Below, in pieces: positions 1-7,742 of a stretch of DNA of 64,000 nt. The translations under genes were made by a program, and so were the position numbers. This DNA comes from a bacterium (GTDB lineage Bacteria; Electryoneota; JAOADG01): the NCBI GenBank assembly GCA_963681965.1, contig OY820579.1, positions 352,001 to 416,000 on the forward strand. Direction: 5' to 3'. Numbering within the stretch: position 1 is the stretch's first letter; every line of letters begins with the position of its first letter. The notes beneath the pieces were generated by a model. The model made no database searches. It had not been told where the DNA came from and saw only the letters and a list, made by a program, of their open reading frames with translations.

Positions 1-27
1 GCAAATTGAGATTAGTAATCTCTTCAT
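1..27 (-). CDS. 5' end of a probable exported protein, truncated by the window edge
   Basis: Minus strand reads AATAAGG-CTAACC-ATG AAG AGA TTA CTA ATC TCA ATT TGC (MKRLLISIC), a signal-peptide-like start 24 bp after the previous stop; only 9 codons are visible. Confidence 0.45.
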
Positions 28-51
28 GGTTAGCCTTATTTAATCTCGAAT

Positions 52-405
52 TTATTCAGCACCATCGAGGCTTTCTTTGATGTCTTTATATCTTGCTTTA
101 AATTCACTAATCAGTTGCAACAACTCCTCAGATGTATTGACGGCAAGAGTTCGATTAAGAAAGACTTCACCTGTATTTCCGAGGATAGTAAGAAAATTCT
201 CTTTTATACCATACTGATCATGAAGCTGATCAAGATAACATGCTATCGCATAGGAAGTACCGACTTTGGCATATACTATAGGAAATCTTCTAATATAATC
301 TGCATCAGCTAAGCCTGCCGGATCACCCTTCCGTCCATCAACGGAATTTCCTAAACGCATACTAAAAGCACGTCTAACAAACCATTCATATTCCATCTCA
401 TACAT
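52..405 (-). CDS. hypothetical protein (117 aa, AT-rich)
   Basis: ORF 52..537 trimmed to the ATG at 405 (MYEMEYEW...), which has an AAGGTGG RBS and does not overlap the FmdB gene; no recognisable motif. Confidence 0.6.
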   Translation of the reverse strand: MYEMEYEWFVRRAFSMRLGNSVDGRKGDPAGLADADYIRRFPIVYAKVGTSYAIACYLDQLHDQYGIKENFLTILGNTGEVFLNRTLAVNTSEELLQLISEFKARYKDIKESLDGAE

Positions 406-424
406 ACAACCACCTTTCTTAGAA

Positions 425-736
425 TTAATGATGGCATCCGCAATTCGGTCCGCAACCACCCGATGCCGGTTTGGTCTCTGGTTTCGATTCGCAGTTGTCG
501 CACTTCTCGCTGCTCTCGGATTTTTTCGAGTTGCCACTCAGCGATGCATTGGCGCCTTTGTAATCGGTTTGGTAAAAACCTTTGCCATTGAAGATGAGTC
601 CGATACCACCAGTGATAACGCGGTGAACCGGTCCACCACAGGTCGGGCAGACCGTATCGGAATTCTCGGTAATTTTCTGAATCTTTTCATAGGAATGCGA
701 TTTATCGGTTTCGCATTCGTACACATACGTCGGCAT
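425..736 (-). CDS. FmdB family zinc-ribbon regulatory protein
   Basis: MPTYVYEC...CPTCGG...GLIFNGKGFYQTDY signature; low-complexity tail ending GGCGPNCGCHH; GGAG RBS. Confidence 0.88.
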   Translation of the reverse strand: MPTYVYECETDKSHSYEKIQKITENSDTVCPTCGGPVHRVITGGIGLIFNGKGFYQTDYKGANASLSGNSKKSESSEKCDNCESKPETKPASGGCGPNCGCHH

Positions 737-763
737 TGCTAGTACTCCAAAACTTTACTGCCT

Positions 764-804
764 GTAGGGGCGGCATTCGCCCCAAGTCAAGCGAAGCTTG
801 ACAC
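764..804 (+). repeat. REP-like double hairpin (core of the ~115-bp element, without terminal repeats)
   Basis: GTAG-GGGCG-GCATT-CGCCC then GTCAAGC-GAA-GCTTGAC-AC; same layout as 3307-3354. Confidence 0.65.
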
Positions 805-931
805 AAACCTTGTGCAAATAACTTGATCGATCAGATCGAAAATATTAACTCTCTCTTTGTCATACTCCCTTTGCAGGGGGATACTGTGTCTTGCTTTCAA
901 TTTTTGTTATTTCTTGTCATTTTTTTTTTTC

Positions 932-995
932 GTAGGGGCGAATCGCATTCGCCCTTACTGTCGACGGACACGGGCGGTTCGCGAACCGCCCCTAC
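932..995. repeat. inverted REP doublet (GTAG...CTAC, REPIN/BIME-like)
   Basis: GTAG-GGGCGAAT-CGC-ATTCGCCC, spacer, GGGCGGTTC-GC-GAACCGCCC-CTAC: two palindromes in inverted orientation, each with the GTAG tetranucleotide. Confidence 0.75.
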
Positions 996-1006
996 CATCG
1001 ACAATT

Positions 1007-1036
1007 CGGCGGCTGGGTATTGCTACCCAACCGCCG
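1007..1036 (-). terminator. stem-loop just 3' of hsp20 (terminator or stabilising hairpin)
   Basis: CGGCGGTTGGGTA-GCAA-TACCCAGCCGCCG on the minus strand, 11 bp after the stop; no clear U-tract. Confidence 0.5.
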
Positions 1037-1047
1037 GTATCTCATGC

Positions 1048-1485
1048 TTACATCGAAATATTGATTTCGCGTGGCTTGGCGTCTTCCGCCTTCGGCAACG
1101 ACACCACCAACACGCCATCGGTCAACTTCGCTTCGATGCGGTGCGCTTCGACATTGGTCGGCAACGTCAACACGCGACTGAACTTGCCGAACCTGCGCTC
1201 GACCACGTGGAAACTCTCGCTCTCCTGCTTTGCTTCTTCGATCCGCTCGCCGCGAATATTCAAGACATTCTCGCGCAACGTGATCTTCACATCTTCCTTG
1301 CGCATGCCGGGAAGGTCGATCTTCACGACGTAGTGATCCTTCGTTTCGATCACATCGAGGCGTGGCGACCAGACAGCTTCCGGTTCTTCGGTTTGATCGC
1401 TGCCAAAGAACGAATTGAACATCCGGTTGATTTCATTCTGCATCGAGACCATATCCCGTCGTGGCATCCAGCGTACTAATGTCAT
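1048..1485 (-). CDS. Hsp20/alpha-crystallin family small heat-shock protein
   Basis: WSPRLDVIET...DLPGM...ERRFGKFSRVLTLP...AKLTDGVLVVSLPK...PREINI; GGAGG RBS. Confidence 0.95.
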   Translation of the reverse strand: MTLVRWMPRRDMVSMQNEINRMFNSFFGSDQTEEPEAVWSPRLDVIETKDHYVVKIDLPGMRKEDVKITLRENVLNIRGERIEEAKQESESFHVVERRFGKFSRVLTLPTNVEAHRIEAKLTDGVLVVSLPKAEDAKPREINISM

Positions 1486-1646
1486 GGCTAATCCTCCAAA
1501 AAATTTTTCCGGTACCTATCGGTACACTGTTCGGTTTCTTAAAAAAATCATCCGATCATTCAAAGGATGAAATCCCCTCAGGATTTCATTCGGATCGCCG
1601 TCAGTCGGGATCGGTACCGAGTTCCCACCGCGATCCGACTCTAGGA

Positions 1647-1673
1647 TTAGCAATCATCGTGCCAGAGTGCTAA
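1647..1673. promoter_or_regulatory. CIRCE element (HrcA operator)
   Basis: TTAGCAATC-ATCGTGCCA-GAGTGCTAA, one mismatch to TTAGCACTC-N9-GAGTGCTAA with the exact 9-nt spacer, upstream of a heat-shock gene. Confidence 0.85.
1649..1664 (-). promoter_or_regulatory. sigma-54 (-24/-12) promoter of hsp20
   Basis: Minus strand TGGCAC-GATGA-TTGCT, a perfect match to TGGCAC-N5-TTGCW, about 165 bp upstream of the start codon. Confidence 0.85.
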
Positions 1674-1739
1674 GATACGGTTTTATCTAGCGTTCTCAAA
1701 CTCATGTGAGGCTCTTTCTTAGCACACACACCACCATTC

Positions 1740-1795
1740 TGCCAACATGACATTCTTTTCTGACACATTGCTAGAATCTGTCTGACATAATGGCG
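1740..1795. promoter_or_regulatory. candidate upstream activator sites for a sigma-54 enhancer-binding protein
   Basis: TGCCA-ACA-TGACA (1740-1752) and TGACA-TAA-TGGCG (1783-1795), imperfect palindromes 75-130 bp upstream of the -24 box. Confidence 0.4.
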
Positions 1796-1974
1796 CAGCG
1801 TTGTCATGTTTTCTAAAACTACATTCCATTCCAATAACGGCATTTGCCCGATTTGATCAAGTATCACCTGAAAATCAATTCAATCATTATCGAGTCATTC
1901 ATACCGCTATCAGTTGTTCTTGCAAACGGAATCGCTTACAATACTATACGATGAGTCTAATTCGGGAGCAGTTC

Positions 1975-2691
1975 ATGCAACTCTTTGGAAAATCATGGCT
2001 GATTTTCGCAGTTTTATTATCCTTTGCATTACTCATTACGAGTTGTTACAAGAAAGATGAGGAACCATCCACTTCACCAACTCTCCCGACACCCACACTG
2101 TTCGGCAGTTGGGTACGGTTTGCGCACAGCGAAAAATCCAATACCGTCTGGTTCACCCGGATGACTCACGATACCGCAATCTTCACACTCAATAGCGCTC
2201 ACAATTGGCAGTATACCCGCACCACAAATGGTACAACCTCGGTTCTTTCCGGATCGGCGACTATTGGCGAAACGTCGATGTTACTGCAAATCGATTCTGT
2301 CTTCAACGACTCGATCTATCATCCTAATACCGTCACAAAATGGGAATACTCACTCGTTCTGGATGGTCTGTTTGTGTTCGATTCGTCAAGTAGCGACACC
2401 TTTAAAGCCGATGCTTTTACGAATATGTCCTTGCACGGTGTCGCGATCGCCGGTATCGTTCGGAGTGGCATGAATCAGGGTATTCCATCGGTTCTGGTCA
2501 CAGCATCGACTTCCTCGGGAAAAGAAGTATCGACCAGATCAAATTATGCGGGTTGTTATCTATTGAATTATCTGCCTGTAGAAAGATGGACAGTGAGTGG
2601 AATTGCGAATGGATACGCGCTGCTGCCGCAGTTGGTTACTGCCGATTCAGTGCGGTCTTATCCTCTGGAATTTATTTTATACGGCAAATGA
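1975..2691 (+). CDS. lipoprotein with C-terminal carboxypeptidase-regulatory-like domain
   Basis: ATG at 1975 with GGGAG RBS; lipobox LITS-C; C-terminal IAGIVR...GIPSVLVT...TRSNYAGCYLL...SGIANGY beta-sandwich pattern. Confidence 0.75.
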   Translation: MQLFGKSWLIFAVLLSFALLITSCYKKDEEPSTSPTLPTPTLFGSWVRFAHSEKSNTVWFTRMTHDTAIFTLNSAHNWQYTRTTNGTTSVLSGSATIGETSMLLQIDSVFNDSIYHPNTVTKWEYSLVLDGLFVFDSSSSDTFKADAFTNMSLHGVAIAGIVRSGMNQGIPSVLVTASTSSGKEVSTRSNYAGCYLLNYLPVERWTVSGIANGYALLPQLVTADSVRSYPLEFILYGK

Positions 2692-2779
2692 AACTTGATC
2701 AGAGTTGCCGACTGAGACTTGCATTCCAGCCGATAGTGCGGTATGTTTCATCTCGTTTTAAGCGGAATCACCGACCGAT

Positions 2780-3235
2780 ATGACCGATACGATTTTAATT
2801 GTCGACGACAATCTAACCTATGCAAAATGGACCGAAGCCGTTCTTCGCCAAGCCGGCTACGATATTGCATTTGCCGAATCGGCTCGTACTGGTTTATCGC
2901 AGGCAGTAGAAAATCCCGATAAATTTCAAGCGGTCTTTTCGGATATCACTATGGAGCATCCCGGTGCAGGTTTAGTACTTATTCCCAAACTTCGGTCGCG
3001 CGGTTATAAAGGGATTACAGTTTTGGTTTCTACCGGCTTCGATTATCCGATCGTTTTCTGGCTGTCGAAACTAACTCTTCCATTGATCGGAGTGGATGGT
3101 CTGGTGATCAAGAAAGCAATGCGCGATGCTGGAAAGTGGCGGATCGAGTGGATTTCCAAGCGAAACGGAATTCGTGAATTAAAAGACCGGATCGGACACA
3201 TTGTCGATATTCCGAATTGGGTTCGACCTAAATAG
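2780..3235 (+). CDS. stand-alone response regulator receiver-domain protein
   Basis: ILIVDD, phosphoacceptor FSDITM, conserved S/T (VSTG) and K (VIKK); no output domain. Confidence 0.85.
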   Translation: MTDTILIVDDNLTYAKWTEAVLRQAGYDIAFAESARTGLSQAVENPDKFQAVFSDITMEHPGAGLVLIPKLRSRGYKGITVLVSTGFDYPIVFWLSKLTLPLIGVDGLVIKKAMRDAGKWRIEWISKRNGIRELKDRIGHIVDIPNWVRPK

Positions 3236-3263
3236 CGAAAGGGTGCCGACAGCACCCTTTTCG
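3236..3263 (+). terminator. intrinsic terminator, possibly bidirectional
   Basis: CGAAAGGGTGC-CGACA-GCACCCTTTTCG immediately after the stop, between convergent genes. Confidence 0.7.
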
Positions 3264-3273
3264 ATTTTATTCC

Positions 3274-3389
3274 ATAGTATCTCTTGAAAATAAGTTGATA
3301 TCGATAGTAGGGGCGGATCCCCGCGTCCGCCCGCAGGTCAGGCGAAGCCTGACACCGAATCATGACAACGTATTTTCAAGAACCACTAT
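3274..3389 (+). mobile_element. ~115-bp MITE-like element with internal REP hairpins, copy 1
   Basis: Imperfect terminal inverted repeats ATAGTATCTCTTGAAAATAAGTTG ... CAACGTATTTTCAAGAACCACTAT enclosing GTAG-GGGCGGA..TCCGCCC and GTCAGGC-GAA-GCCTGAC; homologous to 40265-40376 and 62892-63008. Confidence 0.75.
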
Positions 3390-3402
3390 ATACCATCACA
3401 CT

Positions 3403-4428
3403 CTACGAAAATATCAACTTCAGATACCAGTCCAATAGCGCCTCACCATACAACCATGACACCCACGCGCCACTGATAAGCGCCGGTCCAAACGGAAAGG
3501 GTTGATCTGTGCCATGCCCCTTCTTGATCCGCATCGCAATCCAAATAAGAATACCAAGGATTGCTCCAAGTACATACGCGATCAGTACACGACCGGGACC
3601 GGTAATAATTCCGACTGCCGCCATCAGTTTAATGTCACCCAATCCGATTGCTTCACGCCCCTGCAGAAACAAAAAGAAGCCCCAAAGTGTAAGTAACCCG
3701 CCACCACCGGCGAGTAAGCCCCACACAGCATTCCAACCAGCGTAATTGAGTGTTCCATAAAAACCAATCACTAGACTGATCACGCCGATCAAGAAACCAC
3801 CACCACCCCAAATCAAACGCTCTTTTAAGGTCGGCTCAGAATCTTCCGCCATTTTTTGTTCTTCTTCTGTAAGTTCTTTACCGAAGATTTTTCGCCAGAC
3901 GATCGTTAAGAAAATAACCATCACCAGAAGTGTCACTACCTGCCAGGTAGCATCGGAACCACCAGTTAGGAATACTCCGAACAATCCAATTACTGCGATT
4001 GCAGTAACCAATGAATCGGGTAACTCCATCAGCTCGATATCGATCAACGCAAGCGACATCAGAATCGGCGATAATAGCACTGCCATAAGTTGACGAACGG
4101 GATCACCCTGCCATGCAACGACTCCCCATAACGCTACCAATGCTACTGTCAGCTCGACGATGGGATAACGTAAAGAAATCGGTTTCTTACAGTCACGACA
4201 CTTACCACGCAGCAATAAAATGTATGAGAACAGCGGTATGTTATCGTACCAGCGAATTGGTTTCAGACAATCCGGACAATGACTACCCGGTTTCATGATC
4301 GATTCATTTCGAGGTGTCCGCCAAATCAATACATTGGCGAAGCTACCCAGAATTAATCCGAATAACACACTAAGCACCATATAGAAACCGAGTGGCATTA
4401 GTTGAAGCGCACTCACAACATTAGTCAT
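3403..4428 (-). CDS. pilD: prepilin peptidase / N-methyltransferase (A24 family)
   Basis: GSFANVLIWRTP, Zn motifs CPDC and CRDC, NIPLFSY, catalytic Asp motifs IDIELMELPD and GLGDIKL, PFGPAL; the start could be slightly downstream. Confidence 0.93.
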   Translation of the reverse strand: MTNVVSALQLMPLGFYMVLSVLFGLILGSFANVLIWRTPRNESIMKPGSHCPDCLKPIRWYDNIPLFSYILLLRGKCRDCKKPISLRYPIVELTVALVALWGVVAWQGDPVRQLMAVLLSPILMSLALIDIELMELPDSLVTAIAVIGLFGVFLTGGSDATWQVVTLLVMVIFLTIVWRKIFGKELTEEEQKMAEDSEPTLKERLIWGGGGFLIGVISLVIGFYGTLNYAGWNAVWGLLAGGGGLLTLWGFFLFLQGREAIGLGDIKLMAAVGIITGPGRVLIAYVLGAILGILIWIAMRIKKGHGTDQPFPFGPALISGAWVSWLYGEALLDWYLKLIFS

Positions 4429-4460
4429 CAGTTCATCTTCCGTATCAGTGTATTTGACTG

Positions 4461-4496
4461 AAATAAGAAAGCGCAGACTTTTTAGCCTGCGCCTTC
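4461..4496 (-). terminator. intrinsic terminator after pilC
   Basis: Minus strand GGCGCAGGCT-AAAA-AGTCTGCGCT followed by TTCTTATTT. Confidence 0.6.
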
Positions 4497-4514
4497 AAAC
4501 GATAACGAATAATC

Positions 4515-5759
4515 TTACATTCTTCCGATGGCGCGACCGAGCTTAAACACCGGCAAGTAAACAGCAACCAGAATTCCAGTTACCACACCACCGAGCATGA
4601 TGATGATCATCGGTTCGATCAACGAGGTCATACGTTCAACCATGGCGTCGACTTGCTTTTCATAGAAATAAGCGGCTTTATCGAGCAACTTGTCCATTTC
4701 ACCGGTTTCTTCACCGGTCTGAACGAGCTGAACCAACGTCGACGGGAATACGCCTGATTTCTTCAACGCAATCGAAATAGCGAAACCGTCTTTTACCATT
4801 CGTTTGATATTAACGATACCGCGCCCAATCACTTCATTTTCAACAACCCGTTGTACTTGAGTGAATGCTTCGAGAACAGGAACGCCCGAACCCATTAAAA
4901 TACCGAAAGTACGGGAGAACTTATTCATCGTGGAATATTCAATCAACGCGCCAAAGACTGGAATCTTTAGCTTGATTGAATCCATGATGTACGCACCGCG
5001 CTCGGTTTTCGATACCAACCAAATCGAAACTATCATAATGACAATAATTGCGGCAACGGGAATAAAGTTTTGCGAAATAATCTGCGCAACATTGACCAAC
5101 AATCGGGTTGGACCGGGCAAACCAGCGCCGAACTTAGCATAAACTTCGGCAAATTGAGGTACGACGAAGACAATCAAAATCGTCACGATAAAAACCATGA
5201 AGACGATTGCCAAAATCGGGTATGTCAATGCCGAAACAACTTTTCGTCGAGTTTCTTCGGATGATTCGAGATAATCCGAAAGCTGTTCCATTGCGACGTG
5301 CAAAGAACCGGAAATTTCACCGGCTTTAATCGTTGCAACGAACAATCCATCGAAGACACCGGGGTGTTGCGCGAGCGCATCGGATAGCGACATACCTTTT
5401 TTCAGGTCGTTCGCAATATCCGCCAGCACGCGTCGAAACCGGGGATTCTTTTCCTCGACCATTAGATTCGAAATCGAGCGTTCGATCGTCAAACCGGCGG
5501 AGAACATCGTTGACAACTGGCGGGTAAAAAACACCACCACTTTCAACGGAACGTGTGTTCGCCACTTGAACAGTTGCAGTTGGATTTGCTCCGCAACAGT
5601 CAACCGTTCGACTTCCATTGACTTGATTTCTTTCAGGCTGACGACTTTTGCCCCACGCTTGGTAAGCGCAGTTAATGCAGCGTTCTGCGAAGGGGCTCGA
5701 ATAACGTCTTCCCTACGGGTGCCTTCTGTATCTGTAATGATGTAGGCGTACCTGGGCAT
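4515..5759 (-). CDS. pilC: type IV pilus inner-membrane platform protein (GspF/PilC family)
   Basis: FTRQLSTMFSAGL, AGEISGSL, ALTYP, LPGPT, GEETGEMD, SLIEP, YLPVFKL. Confidence 0.95.
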   Translation of the reverse strand: MPRYAYIITDTEGTRREDVIRAPSQNAALTALTKRGAKVVSLKEIKSMEVERLTVAEQIQLQLFKWRTHVPLKVVVFFTRQLSTMFSAGLTIERSISNLMVEEKNPRFRRVLADIANDLKKGMSLSDALAQHPGVFDGLFVATIKAGEISGSLHVAMEQLSDYLESSEETRRKVVSALTYPILAIVFMVFIVTILIVFVVPQFAEVYAKFGAGLPGPTRLLVNVAQIISQNFIPVAAIIVIMIVSIWLVSKTERGAYIMDSIKLKIPVFGALIEYSTMNKFSRTFGILMGSGVPVLEAFTQVQRVVENEVIGRGIVNIKRMVKDGFAISIALKKSGVFPSTLVQLVQTGEETGEMDKLLDKAAYFYEKQVDAMVERMTSLIEPMIIIMLGGVVTGILVAVYLPVFKLGRAIGRM

Positions 5760-5838
5760 GCCTGCTCCTCAATCAACCATCTATCAATCGCCAATTACCC
5801 AAACTAGATGCCGTTACGGCGAAAGCCGACAGCTTTTT

Positions 5839-7554
5839 TTATTCCTGCGTGGTAACGCGCAGCAATTCGTGAATTGTCGTGACACCGGAAACGATTTTTC
5901 GAATTCCGGAAAGACGTAACGAGTACATACCTTCGCCGATTGCCGACTGGCGAATTGCTTCTTGATTTTGATTATCGAAAATCATCTGGCGAACTAACGG
6001 AGTAATTCGAAGCAATTCAAAAATACCAATTCGACCCATGTAACCGGTGTTACGGCAGTGTACGCAGCCCTTGCCACGATAAATCTGCTTGCCTTCGAAC
6101 CATTTACGTTCTTCCGGCGTAATATTCAACATTTCCAATTCGTAGGGATCCGGCTCGTACGCAGTCTTGCAATGCGGGCAGATTCTTCGAACCAGACGTT
6201 GCGCCATCACCAACAGCAACGATGAACCGACCAAGAATGGCGGAATACCGATATCGATCAATCGTGTGATCGTAGCTGGTGCGTCGTTAGCGTGAAGAGT
6301 CGAAAATACAATATGACCAGTCAAAGAAAACTTAACGGCGATATCGGCGGTTTCTTCGTCGCGAATTTCACCGATCAGCAATTTGTCCGGGTCTTGACGA
6401 AGGATTGAACGCAAAGTCGCGGCAAATGTCAAACCGATTTTTTCTTTGATCTGAACCTGATTGATACCCGATAATTGGTATTCAACCGGGTCTTCAACCG
6501 TCGTGATGTTGTCGTCGGGCGACAAAATATCTTTCAACGACGCATACAGCGTTGTCGATTTTCCCGAACCGGTAGGACCGGAAACAATAACCATTCCATA
6601 CGGTTGCTTAATGGTTCGGCGGAAAATCTTAAGTTCGTGATCTTCAAATCCCAACGAAGTCAAGTCCATCGAGAAGCTCGATTTATCGAGCAAACGCAAT
6701 ACGACTTTTTCACCGTTTACGGTCGGTAGAATACTGACACGAACGTCAACTTCTTTATCAGCGGATTTAATCGAAAAACGACCGTCTTGCGGCAAGCGCC
6801 GCTCGGCGATATTCAACTTCGAAATAATCTTGATACGGGAAATAATACCGGCATGGGAAGCCTTTGGAGGACTCATGACTTCCATCAACACACCGTCAAT
6901 ACGATATCGAATTGCAACCCGTTCGCCCTGAACTTCGATGTGAATATCGGTAGTACGTTCTTTCAATGCTTCGCTAATGATTAAGTTGACCAACTTAACG
7001 ATCGGCGCGTCGTCATCACCGGTTTGTGCCTTGGTCATGTCGACCATGGATTCATCGTCGGAATCGGCTTCGGCGAAGAATTGCAATTCACCGATCGTTT
7101 CCTTGACTTCTCCGGCTTTACGAATTCTGACATACAATTGGTCGATTGCATTCCGAATAGCTGTCGGCGATGCCATCACCAATTTTACATTGTTATTCGA
7201 GAGCTGCTTTAAACGATCTTCGATCGTAATATCGTCCGGATCGGCAATGGCAACGACCAAGAGACCGTTTTCCATGGCGATCGGCAAGACGTAATGTTCC
7301 TTGGCAAAATCTTCAGGTACTAGTGCTAGCGCATCTTCGCGAGCTTCCAATAGTTTATCGGGATGATAATAATCGTGTCCGGCTTGGCGAGCCAAACCTT
7401 TAGTGATATTTTCTTCGACTACATAACCCAGATGTACCAGGACTTCACCAATTCGCTTTCCACGCGAATTTCGCTGTTCGGCAAGCGCTTTTCCCAATTG
7501 ATCTTGAGTGATCAATTTCTCGCTTACCAGAATATCTCCAAGCTTCTCGAACAT
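5839..7554 (-). CDS. pilB: type IV pilus extension ATPase (GspE/PilB family)
   Basis: N-terminal MshEN-like KLGDILV..LIT and RIGEVLV..GYV, TDIHIE, ERRLPQDGR, Walker A GPTGSGKSTT, EDPVEY, LRQDPD, GEIRD, tetracysteine CPHC/CVHC. Confidence 0.96.
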   Translation of the reverse strand: MFEKLGDILVSEKLITQDQLGKALAEQRNSRGKRIGEVLVHLGYVVEENITKGLARQAGHDYYHPDKLLEAREDALALVPEDFAKEHYVLPIAMENGLLVVAIADPDDITIEDRLKQLSNNNVKLVMASPTAIRNAIDQLYVRIRKAGEVKETIGELQFFAEADSDDESMVDMTKAQTGDDDAPIVKLVNLIISEALKERTTDIHIEVQGERVAIRYRIDGVLMEVMSPPKASHAGIISRIKIISKLNIAERRLPQDGRFSIKSADKEVDVRVSILPTVNGEKVVLRLLDKSSFSMDLTSLGFEDHELKIFRRTIKQPYGMVIVSGPTGSGKSTTLYASLKDILSPDDNITTVEDPVEYQLSGINQVQIKEKIGLTFAATLRSILRQDPDKLLIGEIRDEETADIAVKFSLTGHIVFSTLHANDAPATITRLIDIGIPPFLVGSSLLLVMAQRLVRRICPHCKTAYEPDPYELEMLNITPEERKWFEGKQIYRGKGCVHCRNTGYMGRIGIFELLRITPLVRQMIFDNQNQEAIRQSAIGEGMYSLRLSGIRKIVSGVTTIHELLRVTTQE

Positions 7555-7573
7555 AAGAACCTATCGTTTTCGC

Positions 7574-7615
7574 TTTCGGTTTTGCGGGGTTTCCGACGAA
7601 ACCCCGCATCCGAAA
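7574..7615. other. strong intercistronic hairpin upstream of pilB
   Basis: TGCGGGGTTTC-CGAC-GAAACCCCGCA (11-bp perfect stem, 7583-7608), extended by TTTCGG/CCGAAA; no U-tract in the sense direction. Confidence 0.6.
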
Positions 7616-7742
7616 ATTTAACTTGATATTACTACCTGAATGTTACTTTAGCCGGTCACTGTTTCGAGTGTTGCGACTTCTTCGAATATTGATTTCAAAG
7701 CCCGTGAAAAGAAGCATGTAATTTCACGTGAAAGCAACTTCA

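Noticed and set aside
920-930. T11 homopolymer (also T10 near 52865) as a phase-variation tract
   Set aside because: Intergenic and not within an identifiable promoter spacer or CDS; nothing indicates switching.
823-1479. 218-aa plus-strand ORF (and 857..1333)
   Set aside because: Antisense shadow of hsp20 running through REP repeats and a poly-T; no protein motif.
1801-1974. N-terminal extension of the lipoprotein ORF
   Set aside because: The RBS and signal peptide point to the ATG at 1975; the extension is promoter region.
3043-3363. 106-aa minus-strand ORF as a possible transposase fragment
   Set aside because: Starts inside the repeat element and runs antisense to the response regulator; no transposase motif.
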